Origin: Candidatus Omnitrophota bacterium
Lineage (GTDB): Bacteria > Omnitrophota > Gorgyraeia > Zapsychrales > JANLHA01
NCBI GenBank assembly: GCA_038222225.1
Contig: JBBRHV010000004.1
Coordinates: 6,778 to 70,777, forward strand
Direction: 5' to 3'
DNA: 64,000 nt
Positions within the stretch are counted from its first letter, which is position 1. Each line of letters starts with the position of its first letter. A model generated the notes under the pieces. It was not told the DNA's origin. It saw only the letters and a list, made by a program, of their open reading frames with translations, and did no database searches. Below, one piece after another: positions 1-10,693 of this stretch. Both the position numbers and the translations under genes were made by a program.

Positions 1-1149
1 CAGCCCATAACGCAAAGGATCCAGATCCGTAATTCCCAAAAGATACGAAACAATGCTTCCGGCCGCCGATCCCCGGCCCGGCCCAACCGGAATATTGCGG
101 CTTTTGGCATAATGAACAAAATCCCAAACGATCAGAAAATAAGCCACAAAACCCATTTGTTTAATGGTCTGAAATTCATGTTCTAAACGGCTCATGACCG
201 CAAGCGGAACAGAAGTGCCATAACGAACCGGCAGCCCCTCCAGGCAAAGTTCCCATAAATGCTGCTCTTGAGTTTTTCCCGGCGGAGGATCAAAACGGGG
301 TAAATGATAGGTGTCAAAATCAAATTTTAAATTGCACTGATCGGCGATTTCAAGCGTGTTGGATAAGGCTTCCGGAACCCAGGAAAAAAGCTGCTGCATT
401 TCCTCGGGTGATTTGAAATAAAATTGATCCGTTGCCATGCGCATACGCTTTTCATCGCTCAAGAACGCTTGGGTCTGAATACACAAAAGCGCATCATGCG
501 CCCGCGACTGGGACTGACCGACATAATGCACATCATTGGTGGCTACCACAGGAATATTCAACTCTTTAGAAATACGGATCAGTCCTTCATTGACAAGCTT
601 TTGCTGAGGGATCCCATGGTCCATGAGCTCAAGATAAAAACTTCCTTTGTCGAAAATATGAAAAAGGTCATCGGCTTCCTGTACCGCCTGTTCATAATTG
701 CCCAAACCCAACTGATAAGCGACCTCTCCTTTTAAACAGGCCGATGTGGCAATGAGACCTTTGGCGTGACTGGCAAGCAGTTCTTTGTCAATACGGGGCT
801 TATAATAGAATCCTTCGAGATATCCGGCAGAGGAAAGCTGAACCAGATTTTTGTAGCCTTCATGATCCTTGCACAACAGGACCAAATGCCCGTTGCCTCC
901 GGGCTTTCCGCTCTTTTCCAAACGGCTGGTCTTGGCAACATACGTTTCAATGCCGATGATCGGTTTAATGCCGGATTTTGAGACGGTCTGATAGAATTCG
1001 ACAGCTCCGAAAATATTACCATGATCGGTCATGGCAAACGCCGGCATATTCATCTCAACGGCCTTTTGCGCTAAATCTTTAATGCGGCAGGCGCCGTCAA
1101 GAAGACTGTATTCCGTATGAACATGAAGGTGTACAAAAGGATTTTTCAT
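1..1149 (-). CDS. dnaE: DNA polymerase III subunit alpha (5' part; runs off the left edge)
   Basis: Not in the ORF track. Manual translation from ATG at 1149 gives [21 protein letters not shown]...[15 protein letters not shown]...GIKPIIG...[10 protein letters not shown], the PHP domain of DnaE. Confidence 0.97.
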   Translation of the reverse strand, partial: MKNPFVHLHVHTEYSLLDGACRIKDLAQKAVEMNMPAFAMTDHGNIFGAVEFYQTVSKSGIKPIIGIETYVAKTSRLEKSGKPGGNGHLVLLCKDHEGYKNLVQLSSAGYLEGFYYKPRIDKELLASHAKGLIATSACLKGEVAYQLGLGNYEQAVQEADDLFHIFDKGSFYLELMDHGIPQQKLVNEGLIRISKELNIPVVATNDVHYVGQSQSRAHDALLCIQTQAFLSDEKRMRMATDQFYFKSPEEMQQLFSWVPEALSNTLEIADQCNLKFDFDTYHLPRFDPPPGKTQEQHLWELCLEGLPVRYGTSVPLAVMSRLEHEFQTIKQMGFVAYFLIVWDFVHYAKSRNIPVGPGRGSAAGSIVSYLLGITDLDPLRYGL

Positions 1150-1169
1150 AATGAAGGGCAAAACGTAAT

Positions 1170-1233
1170 GGATGAAGCGTGAACTTGAAAAGCATTTTCC
1201 GTCTCTTCACTGTTCACGCTTCACTGCTCACTG
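1170..1233. repeat. Heptamer tandem repeats arranged as an inverted repeat (guaA-dnaE spacer)
   Basis: TTCACTG-TTCACGC-TTCACTG-CTCACTG at 1206-1233. TGAAGCGTGAAC (1173-1184) is the exact reverse complement of GTTCACGCTTCA (1212-1223). Confidence 0.8.
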
Positions 1234-1241
1234 AACTCTAT

Positions 1242-2999
1242 TTATTCCCACTCAATCGTCGATGGCGGCTTGGAACTGACATCATAAACAACCCGATTAA
1301 CGCCGTTGACCTCATTGATAATACGGTTAGCCATTTTGCCGAGCAACGGATAAGGAAGTTCAACCCAATCCGCGGTCATCCCGTCCTGACTTGTCACGCA
1401 ACGAATCGCAATCACATTTTCATAGGTGCGCTGATCCCCCATCACTCCCACCGTTTTGATCGGCAACAGGACCGCAAAGGATTGCCAGATCTGATCATAT
1501 AAACCGGCTTTTTTGATTTCCTCCAGCACCCGTTCATCCGCCTGCCTTAAAATTTCCAGTCTTTCTTCCGTCACATCCCCTAAAACCCGCACCGCCAATC
1601 CCGGTCCCGGGAACGGCTGACGCTGCAGAATAGCATCCGGAAGCCCCAGATATTTACCGATTTTACGCACCTCATCTTTAAACAATTCGCGCAAAGGCTC
1701 GATCAATTCAAGTTTCATGTTCTTCGGCAATCCTCCGACATTGTGATGGCTTTTAATTGTCGCCGAAGGCCCCCCGAACGGAGAAATCGACTCAATGACA
1801 TCCGGATATAATGTACCCTGCGCTAGAAAATCAACATTCTTCATTTTCAGGGCAGCTTCCTGAAAGACCTTAATAAACTCATCACCGATGATCTTTCGCT
1901 TCTCCTCCGGGTCAACAACATTGACCAACCGCTTTAAAAAACGTTTGCTGGCATCGACCACCGTCAAATTCATTTTTAAAGCGCCCTTAAAGGTCTTTTC
2001 CACATTGACCGCTTCATTATTGCGCAGCAACCCGTTATCCACAAAAATACAATACAATTTGCGTCCCACGGCTTTCTGAATCAAGGCAGCCGCCACAGCA
2101 GAATCGACCCCGCCGCTCAGCCCCAAAACAACTTTTTTATTTCCAACCTGTTCTTTGATCTGCTTGATCGAAACATTAACGAATCGATCCATGGTCCAAC
2201 GGGGAAAACAATTGCAGACCTGAAAAACAAAATTATTCAGAACATCCGCACCGTGCTGAGTATGAACGACCTCCGGATGAAACTGTACGCCAAAAATTCT
2301 TTTGCGGGGATGGCCGATCGCAGCGACCGGAGCGTTCAGCGTATGCGCCAACACATTATAACCCTTCGGAAGCTGTGTGGTCATATCCGAATGGCTCATC
2401 CAGCAGGTGAGGTTGGCCGGCAAATTCAAGAACATGTCCCGGTTACGATCAACAAACAACTCCGAACGCCCGAATTCCCGTTCTTTGCTCTTCTGTACTT
2501 TTCCGCCGAACATATGCACAATGGCCTGCATCCCGTAACAAATCCCCAGAACCGGAAGATTCATTTCAAAAATTTCTTCCTTCGGTAACGGCGCCCCTTC
2601 ATCATAAACACTCAATGGGCCCCCGGAAAGGATCAAGCCTTTTGGATTTTCTTTACGGATCTCTTCAGCCGAAATATTGAACGGAACGATCTTGCAAAAC
2701 ACCTTGCTCTCCCGAATACGCCGGGCGATCAACTGAGTGTACTGTGAACCGAAATCCAAAATGAGAATGACATCTTTATAGCGCTGCTTAGAAACACGGA
2801 TCGATAATTTTGAACGCCCTCCGGGGATCTTCAGCGTTTTGGCTTCACCTTTTCTAAATTTTCTTTTCTTCAAGGTCGGGATTCTCTGAAAGGTCTTCTT
2901 AACCGTTATTTTTTCAACTGTTTTCCCAGCCGCGAATTTTTTTTCTTTTTTTTCCGCGACTTTTTTCACGGTGTTCTTAAGTTTTGGCATGATCATCAC
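1242..2999 (-). CDS. guaA: GMP synthase (glutamine-hydrolysing) with a basic N-terminal extension
   Basis: Motifs [46 protein letters not shown] and KPPSTIEWE. Exact start uncertain (2999/2996/2990). Confidence 0.98.
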   Translation of the reverse strand: MMIMPKLKNTVKKVAEKKEKKFAAGKTVEKITVKKTFQRIPTLKKRKFRKGEAKTLKIPGGRSKLSIRVSKQRYKDVILILDFGSQYTQLIARRIRESKVFCKIVPFNISAEEIRKENPKGLILSGGPLSVYDEGAPLPKEEIFEMNLPVLGICYGMQAIVHMFGGKVQKSKEREFGRSELFVDRNRDMFLNLPANLTCWMSHSDMTTQLPKGYNVLAHTLNAPVAAIGHPRKRIFGVQFHPEVVHTQHGADVLNNFVFQVCNCFPRWTMDRFVNVSIKQIKEQVGNKKVVLGLSGGVDSAVAAALIQKAVGRKLYCIFVDNGLLRNNEAVNVEKTFKGALKMNLTVVDASKRFLKRLVNVVDPEEKRKIIGDEFIKVFQEAALKMKNVDFLAQGTLYPDVIESISPFGGPSATIKSHHNVGGLPKNMKLELIEPLRELFKDEVRKIGKYLGLPDAILQRQPFPGPGLAVRVLGDVTEERLEILRQADERVLEEIKKAGLYDQIWQSFAVLLPIKTVGVMGDQRTYENVIAIRCVTSQDGMTADWVELPYPLLGKMANRIINEVNGVNRVVYDVSSKPPSTIEWE

Positions 3000-3043
3000 C
3001 CATCTCTTTTTTTAATTGCCTTAATTTCAATCTACCACAACGC

Positions 3044-4204
3044 CTATTTTCCCATCCCAACACGCTGCCCAACCTGAAATGATTTTCCTTCCGTTTGAAT
3101 AGAAGGTGCAATAATAATCTCCACGTCATGCATCTCTTTGATCGTTTGAGCTCCCAGGGCCCCCATCGACGCCTTTAAAGCACCTACTAAATTTTGCGAC
3201 CCGTCATCGACTGTGGCCGGCCCTACTAAAATCTGTTCCAGTGTCCCTGTTGTTCCAACCCAAATCCGTGTACCCCGCGGCAAATGCGAATGCGGCATAG
3301 CCATACCCCAATGATAACCGCGGCCCGGAGCTTCTTCAGCTCTGGCAAAAGCAGAACCGACCATACAGGCATCGGCTCCGGCTGCGAAAGCCTTGCAGAT
3401 TTCTCCGCCGATCCTCATGCCACCGTCTGTAATGATCGAAACATATTTTCCAGTCTTCTTATAAAAATGATCACGTGCAGCAGCAGCATCCACCGTGGAG
3501 GTGATCTGCGGCACTCCAATCCCCAAAACTCCGCGCGTCGTACAAGCCGCTCCCGGCCCGACCCCGATCAAGACCGAACTGGCACCCAGCTCCATAAGTT
3601 CCATGGTCATTTTATAGGTAACCACGTTCCCGATCGCCACCGGAATCTTGAGCGAACGGCACAGCTCTCCATAATCACAAACCTTATATTCGGTTGAAAT
3701 ATGTTTTGCCGATGAGACCTGCGACTGAACAACCAAACAGGCCGCCCCCGCCTCTTGAGCCAAAGCTCCATAACGTTCTGCATTCTGAGGAACACACCCG
3801 ACAACAGCCGGCACGCCGGATTGCTTTATTTGATTGACCCGCTTCGATACAAGCGTTTCTTTGACAGGCAACTGATATAATTTTTGAAGCAATTCCGTTG
3901 CTTTTTCAGGGGACGAGTCAGCAATTTCACTGAGAACCTCGCTGGGATCATCATAGCGGGTCTGTACCCCATCCAAATTAAGAACGGCGATTCCTCCCAA
4001 TTTTCCCATAGCAATGGCGAAATTTACATCCACAACTCCATCCATGGAAGCAGCCACAATCGGAACATTCAGTTTCATTCCTGCAAATTCCCAAGATATA
4101 TTGATCTCGTTGGGATTTACAGTCTGCATGCCTGGAACAAGCGCCACTTCATCAAATCCGTAGCAGCGGCGTGCACGGCGGTCCATTCCGATCCATTCTG
4201 CCAT
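3044..4204 (-). CDS. guaB: IMP dehydrogenase family protein (GuaB3-type, no CBS pair)
   Basis: Motifs YGFDEVALVPG, GVGPGAACTTRGVLGIGVPQ, IITDGG and HWGMA. Directly upstream of guaA; ATG 4204 has an AGGAGG SD. Confidence 0.93.
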   Translation of the reverse strand: MAEWIGMDRRARRCYGFDEVALVPGMQTVNPNEINISWEFAGMKLNVPIVAASMDGVVDVNFAIAMGKLGGIAVLNLDGVQTRYDDPSEVLSEIADSSPEKATELLQKLYQLPVKETLVSKRVNQIKQSGVPAVVGCVPQNAERYGALAQEAGAACLVVQSQVSSAKHISTEYKVCDYGELCRSLKIPVAIGNVVTYKMTMELMELGASSVLIGVGPGAACTTRGVLGIGVPQITSTVDAAAARDHFYKKTGKYVSIITDGGMRIGGEICKAFAAGADACMVGSAFARAEEAPGRGYHWGMAMPHSHLPRGTRIWVGTTGTLEQILVGPATVDDGSQNLVGALKASMGALGAQTIKEMHDVEIIIAPSIQTEGKSFQVGQRVGMGK

Positions 4205-4320
4205 GTATGCTGTCCTCCTGTTATAAACCCGTGAAAAATAATAAGATTTATTCAAAAAATGATTGTTTTAGACTAAATTTTGAATTTTTCATGGAAATAT
4301 GCGTATTATATTAAAGACTT

Positions 4321-4349
4321 AATATATATAATTTAGGGGAAAATGTCAA
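4321..4349 (-). promoter_or_regulatory. sigma70-type promoter for guaB-guaA
   Basis: TTGACA (4349-4344), 17-nt spacer, TATATT (4326-4321) in an AT-rich spacer. Confidence 0.6.
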
Positions 4350-4421
4350 ATAAAATAAAAATCCCCAGAAAATCTATTATTCCCGGAGATTCTAATTTTG
4401 CTGATAAGAACTACCGAACTT

Positions 4422-5291
4422 TTATGTAGCTAAACTTATATCCTGCCGAAGCTTTCGTTTCAGATAATCCTCAAGATGTGTTTTACCTCGTTTGTTTGTT
4501 AAAAGATCATGGGTCGATGTGTACACGATTAATTCCCCCATCCCGTAATATTGCGCCGAAAATGGCTTAAGAACAGCGAGCGCCAAGCGGCAGGCCCACA
4601 TCGGAAATCCTGAAATCTGAACCGGTTTATTGTGAACCTTTAAACAAATCTGGCTGATCTCATTCCAGCTCAAATCCTGGGGACCACCAACATCAACATA
4701 CACATTGGACAATTTGAGACTATCTTCTGCCATGATTTCAGCCAAATCCTCTTCGCAGATCGGTGTGAAACGCGCCTTTCCATCACCAAACACCCACATC
4801 CTTCCTTTGGCTGCCATGGCGCCATAATTGGCAAGATCGCTAAAAAATCCGCCGGCCCGGAAGATGACCCATTCCAGTCCACTTTTGACGAGCTCCTGTT
4901 CAAATGAATATTTCGCTTCATAAAGCGGCACTGTTTTATATCCCTGATCCGTTCCGGCCGGAGAAATAAAAACAAATTTCTTAACACCGCTCTTCTTGGC
5001 TTCATTCAATAAATTGATATTCCCCTGATAATCCACTCCCATATGCGTGAGCTTACCCTTCATCCGGGTAATGCCAATAACCGAAACCACCACATCCACA
5101 CCATCACAGCTGCCGGCCAAACTTTCAGGCTTTGAGACATCAGCCGAGAGAGCCGCCGAAAGCTGATCCCGAATCGCGTCCATTTCCTCTTTCCGGAAAG
5201 AAATGCCGCTAACATTAGCCCCTCGCTTTTTAAAAGACGACACTAATAAACGTCCCAAATTCCCACCGGCACCGGCGATCAACACATTCAT
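4422..5291 (-). CDS. Atypical SDR / NmrA-like NAD(P)-binding oxidoreductase
   Basis: Rossmann motif VLIAGAGGNLG, GVDVVVS, VDYQGNINLL and YEAK. ATG 5291 has an AGGAG SD. Confidence 0.88.
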   Translation of the reverse strand: MNVLIAGAGGNLGRLLVSSFKKRGANVSGISFRKEEMDAIRDQLSAALSADVSKPESLAGSCDGVDVVVSVIGITRMKGKLTHMGVDYQGNINLLNEAKKSGVKKFVFISPAGTDQGYKTVPLYEAKYSFEQELVKSGLEWVIFRAGGFFSDLANYGAMAAKGRMWVFGDGKARFTPICEEDLAEIMAEDSLKLSNVYVDVGGPQDLSWNEISQICLKVHNKPVQISGFPMWACRLALAVLKPFSAQYYGMGELIVYTSTHDLLTNKRGKTHLEDYLKRKLRQDISLAT

Positions 5292-5352
5292 TTTCAATCT
5301 CCTTTTTTCCACCTATGATGGTCATCCAACCCGCCGACCTTCAAGGCACGGC

Positions 5353-5976
5353 CTATTTGTCATACTCAATGACCCACTCAGTCGATGGCAAATTGACCTG
5401 AACTGTTTGGTGATCTTCTGATAGTGTCCCCCGCTCTTCGGCGACTTTGCCCAAACATGTAATACGGTACGCTTTAGCTTCATCAAGGCCGGTGTTTTTA
5501 AAAAAATCCTTGGTGTAAAGAAACATCGAAAGGATCCCCTCCAACTCGTCTCCATTCATCACCGGATACCGCAAGGAAATCAGCCGCGGCTGAATCAAAC
5601 TCCCGTGTGCCGGCTCACTGAGTTGCGGGCCGGGAGACTCTTTCATTTTTTCGATAAAGACGGTAAGCTCTTTGACTTTCTTCAAGTCATACCCACGAGC
5701 TATAGAATGAGATGGACGGTAGGTCTGACGAATCACCCAATTGAAATCCAGAAAACTCCCATCATAAAATCCCGGGATCTCTTGCGCCACAGGCCGCATC
5801 AGCTCCCGATACGTCTTAACATTCGGATGCTGATCTGCTACAATTTTCATTTTCGCGAACATTTCGGAAAAATACTGCTGCGTCTTTTCTCCCACCTCGT
5901 CGGCAGCAGAAACCGGAAGCGCCCCAAATACAACAAGAGACACGGCCAAACAAATCCCAATAATAATTCTTCTCAT
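5353..5976 (-). CDS. Secreted hypothetical protein, possibly a stand-alone CHASE/Cache-like ligand-binding domain
   Basis: Signal peptide (MRRIIIGICLAVSLVVFGALPVSA) and a GAGGA SD. The pattern QLSEP..LIQ..LISLRYPV...GILSM...VNLPSTEWVI resembles PAS-like extracytoplasmic sensors. The domain call is inference. Confidence 0.6.
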   Translation of the reverse strand: MRRIIIGICLAVSLVVFGALPVSAADEVGEKTQQYFSEMFAKMKIVADQHPNVKTYRELMRPVAQEIPGFYDGSFLDFNWVIRQTYRPSHSIARGYDLKKVKELTVFIEKMKESPGPQLSEPAHGSLIQPRLISLRYPVMNGDELEGILSMFLYTKDFFKNTGLDEAKAYRITCLGKVAEERGTLSEDHQTVQVNLPSTEWVIEYDK

Positions 5977-5994
5977 CTATTCCTCCTTGAACAT

Positions 5995-6663
5995 TTATTT
6001 CACAAGTTCATACACCCCGACATACCCCAAATGATGGGCGGTCTTCTCCCATCTCGAAAAAGGCGACTCTGCAATCGCTTGTTGAAGGCGCCCTTCAATA
6101 TTTTCTCGAATTTCATTCTGCTGAAACAGCCAATATCCGGACCATGCGCAGAAGGCTCCAAAGATATTAGTCGGTTGATCAACATCCACAATTACAAACT
6201 TTCCTTCAGGCTTAAGTGTGCGATAGACTTCAGCCAGCGTCTTGGTCTTTAATTCATAATCAATGTGGTGAAAAAAGAAGGTGGAAAGAACTGCGTCAAA
6301 CGAATTATCGGAATAGGGCAAGGCTTCGGCCGCTGCATGGTCAAACTGAATATTGGAAAGCCCACGGGCCTTTTGACGGGCAACATCCAGCATTTTTGAA
6401 GCGGCATCCAGCCCGTTCACAAAACTATTGGGATCATTGGAAAGTCGACGGGCAATGCGAATAGAAAGAGTCCCGGTTCCGCACCCCACATCCAGAACAT
6501 GCGCAGAAACCGGTAAGGCCATTTGGTCAATAATGCGGTTTGAAATACGGTCTTCCAGTCCAAAGGTCATCAGCGGAGCTAGAAAATCATAGACAGCAGC
6601 CGCGTGATCAAGGGTGCGTCCACGGGTTATGCTTCCTTCTGAAGAATGAACGGAATGAGCCAT
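5995..6663 (-). CDS. Class I SAM-dependent methyltransferase (UbiE/MenG-like)
   Basis: Motifs VLDVGCGTG, GLDAS..ML, AEALPYSDNSFDAV and LKPEG. Confidence 0.92.
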   Translation of the reverse strand: MAHSVHSSEGSITRGRTLDHAAAVYDFLAPLMTFGLEDRISNRIIDQMALPVSAHVLDVGCGTGTLSIRIARRLSNDPNSFVNGLDAASKMLDVARQKARGLSNIQFDHAAAEALPYSDNSFDAVLSTFFFHHIDYELKTKTLAEVYRTLKPEGKFVIVDVDQPTNIFGAFCAWSGYWLFQQNEIRENIEGRLQQAIAESPFSRWEKTAHHLGYVGVYELVK

Positions 6664-7691
6664 TTATGAGGATCTCCCAATCCCAAAACAAAAAACATGG
6701 ATTCTGCGATATCTTCTCGCTCTTTTTCTGAAAGCGCCATTCCGCACTCCGCAAGCTGAGCTAATCCCCTCATCAGGAACACCTTTCCCAACCGGGCAGC
6801 CGGAACACAGAACTGGTCAAAAATTTCAAGGCACTCCTTAAATGAGTCAGGTTCGCCGGTTAAACCTTTCAAACGACTAGTATCGCTTTTCCGGCCTTGA
6901 TAGACCATTTGCGAAAGCACATAATTCTGCCGGCCTTCTTTAAGGTCAACGGACATGTCCCGGATATCATCCAAGACCTGACATCCTAGGCCAAAATTCA
7001 TCAAAGCAGCTTCCATCTTCTTGATCAGTGGCCAATCCAATCCTTCTTCAATACAATTAGGGCCCAAAAACGGTAGATTAAATAAAATGCCGGTCTTAAG
7101 AACATGCACCTTTTGAAGGATATCCTCCGGCGAATAACGTTTCTCGATTCCGCCTTCTTCCGAAGACTCTTCAGCCGCGCTCGGCAAAAGGACCTGCAGC
7201 GACTGACGGGACAGGATATCAACCTTCTCAAAAGACAACGTCTTTGAACGGATCGCCTCATCCAAAATCGCCTGCAGCACCCGATCCGCGGCCATAATCG
7301 CGATCACCTGTTTCATGATATGCCCCCGGCCCGTCATGCAGATCGGCAGGGTCAGTTTATCCTCATTGTCCAGAAGATTATCCGCACTGGTAACCCAGAT
7401 CCTGAACAGGTAGTTCAGCTTTCCGTAAAGGATCCTTTTCTCACGCGATAAGCCCAAAACAGAATACACGGATTGGAACAGGACAGAAAACAAATGACGC
7501 CGGACTGATTTGAATTCTTCGGGGAATTCGCCGATGGTCACCGAGAACTCCTGAGGGGTCTCTTCCGGAGAAATCGTAATTTCTCTGGCTTTATCCGTTA
7601 CAAATTCAAAGCACTTCCGACACTCCGCAAAGGCCTGACGAAATATAATCGGTCGCAACCAAACATCTTCGATATGTTTTTTAAAATCCAT
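6627..7691 (-). CDS. Class 1 isoprenoid biosynthesis (trans-prenyltransferase/terpene synthase fold) protein
   Basis: Asp-rich motif 1 ADNLLDNED, KT motif LKTG, Asp-rich motif 2 GLGCQVLDDIRD followed by DLKEGRQN. Confidence 0.75.
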   Translation of the reverse strand: MDFKKHIEDVWLRPIIFRQAFAECRKCFEFVTDKAREITISPEETPQEFSVTIGEFPEEFKSVRRHLFSVLFQSVYSVLGLSREKRILYGKLNYLFRIWVTSADNLLDNEDKLTLPICMTGRGHIMKQVIAIMAADRVLQAILDEAIRSKTLSFEKVDILSRQSLQVLLPSAAEESSEEGGIEKRYSPEDILQKVHVLKTGILFNLPFLGPNCIEEGLDWPLIKKMEAALMNFGLGCQVLDDIRDMSVDLKEGRQNYVLSQMVYQGRKSDTSRLKGLTGEPDSFKECLEIFDQFCVPAARLGKVFLMRGLAQLAECGMALSEKEREDIAESMFFVLGLGDPHKWLIPFILQKEA

Positions 7692-7725
7692 CAGTATTCT
7701 TTTGTTTCCAAATAAATAATTGTTT

Positions 7726-7734
7726 ATTATATCA
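7726..7734 (-). promoter_or_regulatory. Extended -10 promoter for the 4-gene module
   Basis: TGATATAAT on the minus strand, just downstream of the groEL terminator and about 35 nt upstream of ATG 7691. Confidence 0.55.
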
Positions 7735-7751
7735 TATTAAAAATTTAGTGG

Positions 7752-7788
7752 AAAAAAGGCGGCAGAACATTTGCTCTGCCGCCTTTTT
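7752..7788 (-). terminator. Rho-independent terminator of groESL
   Basis: AAAAAAGGCGGCAGA-loop-TCTGCCGCCTTTTT: a GC stem with U-tracts on both strands. Confidence 0.9.
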
Positions 7789-7813
7789 GATAAAACCCAA
7801 ACTCTTTCCAAAA

Positions 7814-9472
<1,659 letters not shown>

Positions 9473-9500
9473 TCATGTTCACATAAATGTTCGCTTCTTC

Positions 9501-9797
9501 TTACTTGCTCTGAACAACTGCCAAAACATCATCTTCCTTCATAATGAGGACATCTTCACCTTCTTTGGTGGTAATCTCTGTCCCGCTGTACTTCCCGTAC
9601 AACACATGATCGCCAGCCTTCAATGTTAATGGCTGAATTGTTCCGTTTTCTAAACGACGACCATCCCCAACTGCAAGGACTTTACCTTCTTGCGGCTTTT
9701 CTTTGACCGTATCCGGCAGAACGATTCCGCCTTTGGTAATCTCTTCGGCATCCAACGGCTTTACGATGACTCGGTCTGCTAATGGTTTAATGTTCAC
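9501..9797 (-). CDS. groS: Co-chaperonin GroES
   Basis: Motifs [17 protein letters not shown] and KYSGTE. GTG start at 9797 with an AGGAGGT SD. Confidence 0.98.
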   Translation of the reverse strand: MNIKPLADRVIVKPLDAEEITKGGIVLPDTVKEKPQEGKVLAVGDGRRLENGTIQPLTLKAGDHVLYGKYSGTEITTKEGEDVLIMKEDDVLAVVQSK

Positions 9798-9850
9798 GCT
9801 CGTACCTCCTAGTTTAAACAATGTTTAACACGTACATCAAGCTCTTATTG

Positions 9851-9877
9851 TTAGCACTTGCCCTCTAAGAGTGCTAA
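9851..9877. promoter_or_regulatory. CIRCE element (HrcA operator)
   Basis: TTAGCACTT-N9-GAGTGCTAA, one mismatch from the consensus TTAGCACTC-N9-GAGTGCTAA, upstream of groES. Confidence 0.95.
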
Positions 9878-9904
9878 TTTTACAATTTTTCTCGCGTTTG
9901 TCAA
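9877..9904 (-). promoter_or_regulatory. sigma70 promoter of groESL
   Basis: TTGACA (9904-9899), 16-nt spacer, TAAAAT (9882-9877) abutting the CIRCE box. Confidence 0.7.
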
Positions 9905-9940
9905 GAGGAAAAATTTTCTGAAATGTGTCTGCTAAAAATC

Positions 9941-10693
9941 TTAGCTGGCCGAATAGGAGAGCGAAATCCCTTTAAACACCAAATCTTTATCGATAATGCA
10001 CGTATACTTCGGAATATACTGTTTCATCAAATCCGCATATCCTCCGGTCACAACAACAACGGGAGTTGTGTGAATTTGTTTTGAAAGCAAGTCCACAATA
10101 CCTTTGATCATCTCCCCATACCCATAAAAAATTCCGCTCAGAATACTCTCTTCCGTGCTTTTACCAATGATCCTTTTCGGTTTAGCGACCTTGACTTTAG
10201 GAAGAAGCGCTGTCTGACGGAATAACGTTTCAACGGAAAGACGGATCCCGGGAGCAATGATCCCGCCCAAATATTCTCCCTTAACGGAGACAACATCAAA
10301 TGTGATCGCTGTCCCTAAATCCACCACCACGGCGGGAACCCCGTACAATGTCCGCGCAGCATAGGCGCACACCAATCGATCCTGACCGACCTGAGCGGGA
10401 TCATCATATTTATTTGGCATCGGAACACAGACATCCCGCCCGATCACCTTCAGAGGAAAATGAAGAGACCGTCCGGCCTGTTTGACAACGCTGAGCGCAT
10501 GAGGAACCACGCTGCAAATGATGCCTTCATCGACGGAATATTTCATTACCGCTTTCTTTATGACCTGCTTTATTTTTTTACAGAGAACCTCATCCCCTTT
10601 TCTGTTCTCCAGGACATCCAGAACTTCGATGACCGAACCATCAATAACCGCACAGCGGATGGTGGTGTTTCCAATATCAATGGCCAGTTGCAT
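9941..10693 (-). CDS. coaX: Type III pantothenate kinase
   Basis: Motifs [31 protein letters not shown] and VTGG. Confidence 0.95.
   Translation of the reverse strand: MQLAIDIGNTTIRCAVIDGSVIEVLDVLENRKGDEVLCKKIKQVIKKAVMKYSVDEGIICSVVPHALSVVKQAGRSLHFPLKVIGRDVCVPMPNKYDDPAQVGQDRLVCAYAARTLYGVPAVVVDLGTAITFDVVSVKGEYLGGIIAPGIRLSVETLFRQTALLPKVKVAKPKRIIGKSTEESILSGIFYGYGEMIKGIVDLLSKQIHTTPVVVVTGGYADLMKQYIPKYTCIIDKDLVFKGISLSYSAS

Noticed and set aside
424-1022. ORFs 424..735(+), 732..1022(-) and 766..981(+)
   Set aside because: They are shadow or out-of-frame ORFs over dnaE, which the track missed because it runs off the window.
1170-1233. CRISPR array
   Set aside because: The repeat unit is 7 nt with no spacers. 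I saw no 25-40-nt repeat-spacer array or cas gene in the window.
4205-4421. Purine riboswitch upstream of guaB-guaA
   Set aside because: The spacer is very AT-rich and lacks the conserved purine-aptamer core; only a promoter is evident.
9816-9827. AAACAATGTTTA shared between the groES and pfk upstream regions (also about 29060-29071)
   Set aside because: A short AT-rich 12-mer with only two copies, compatible with chance.
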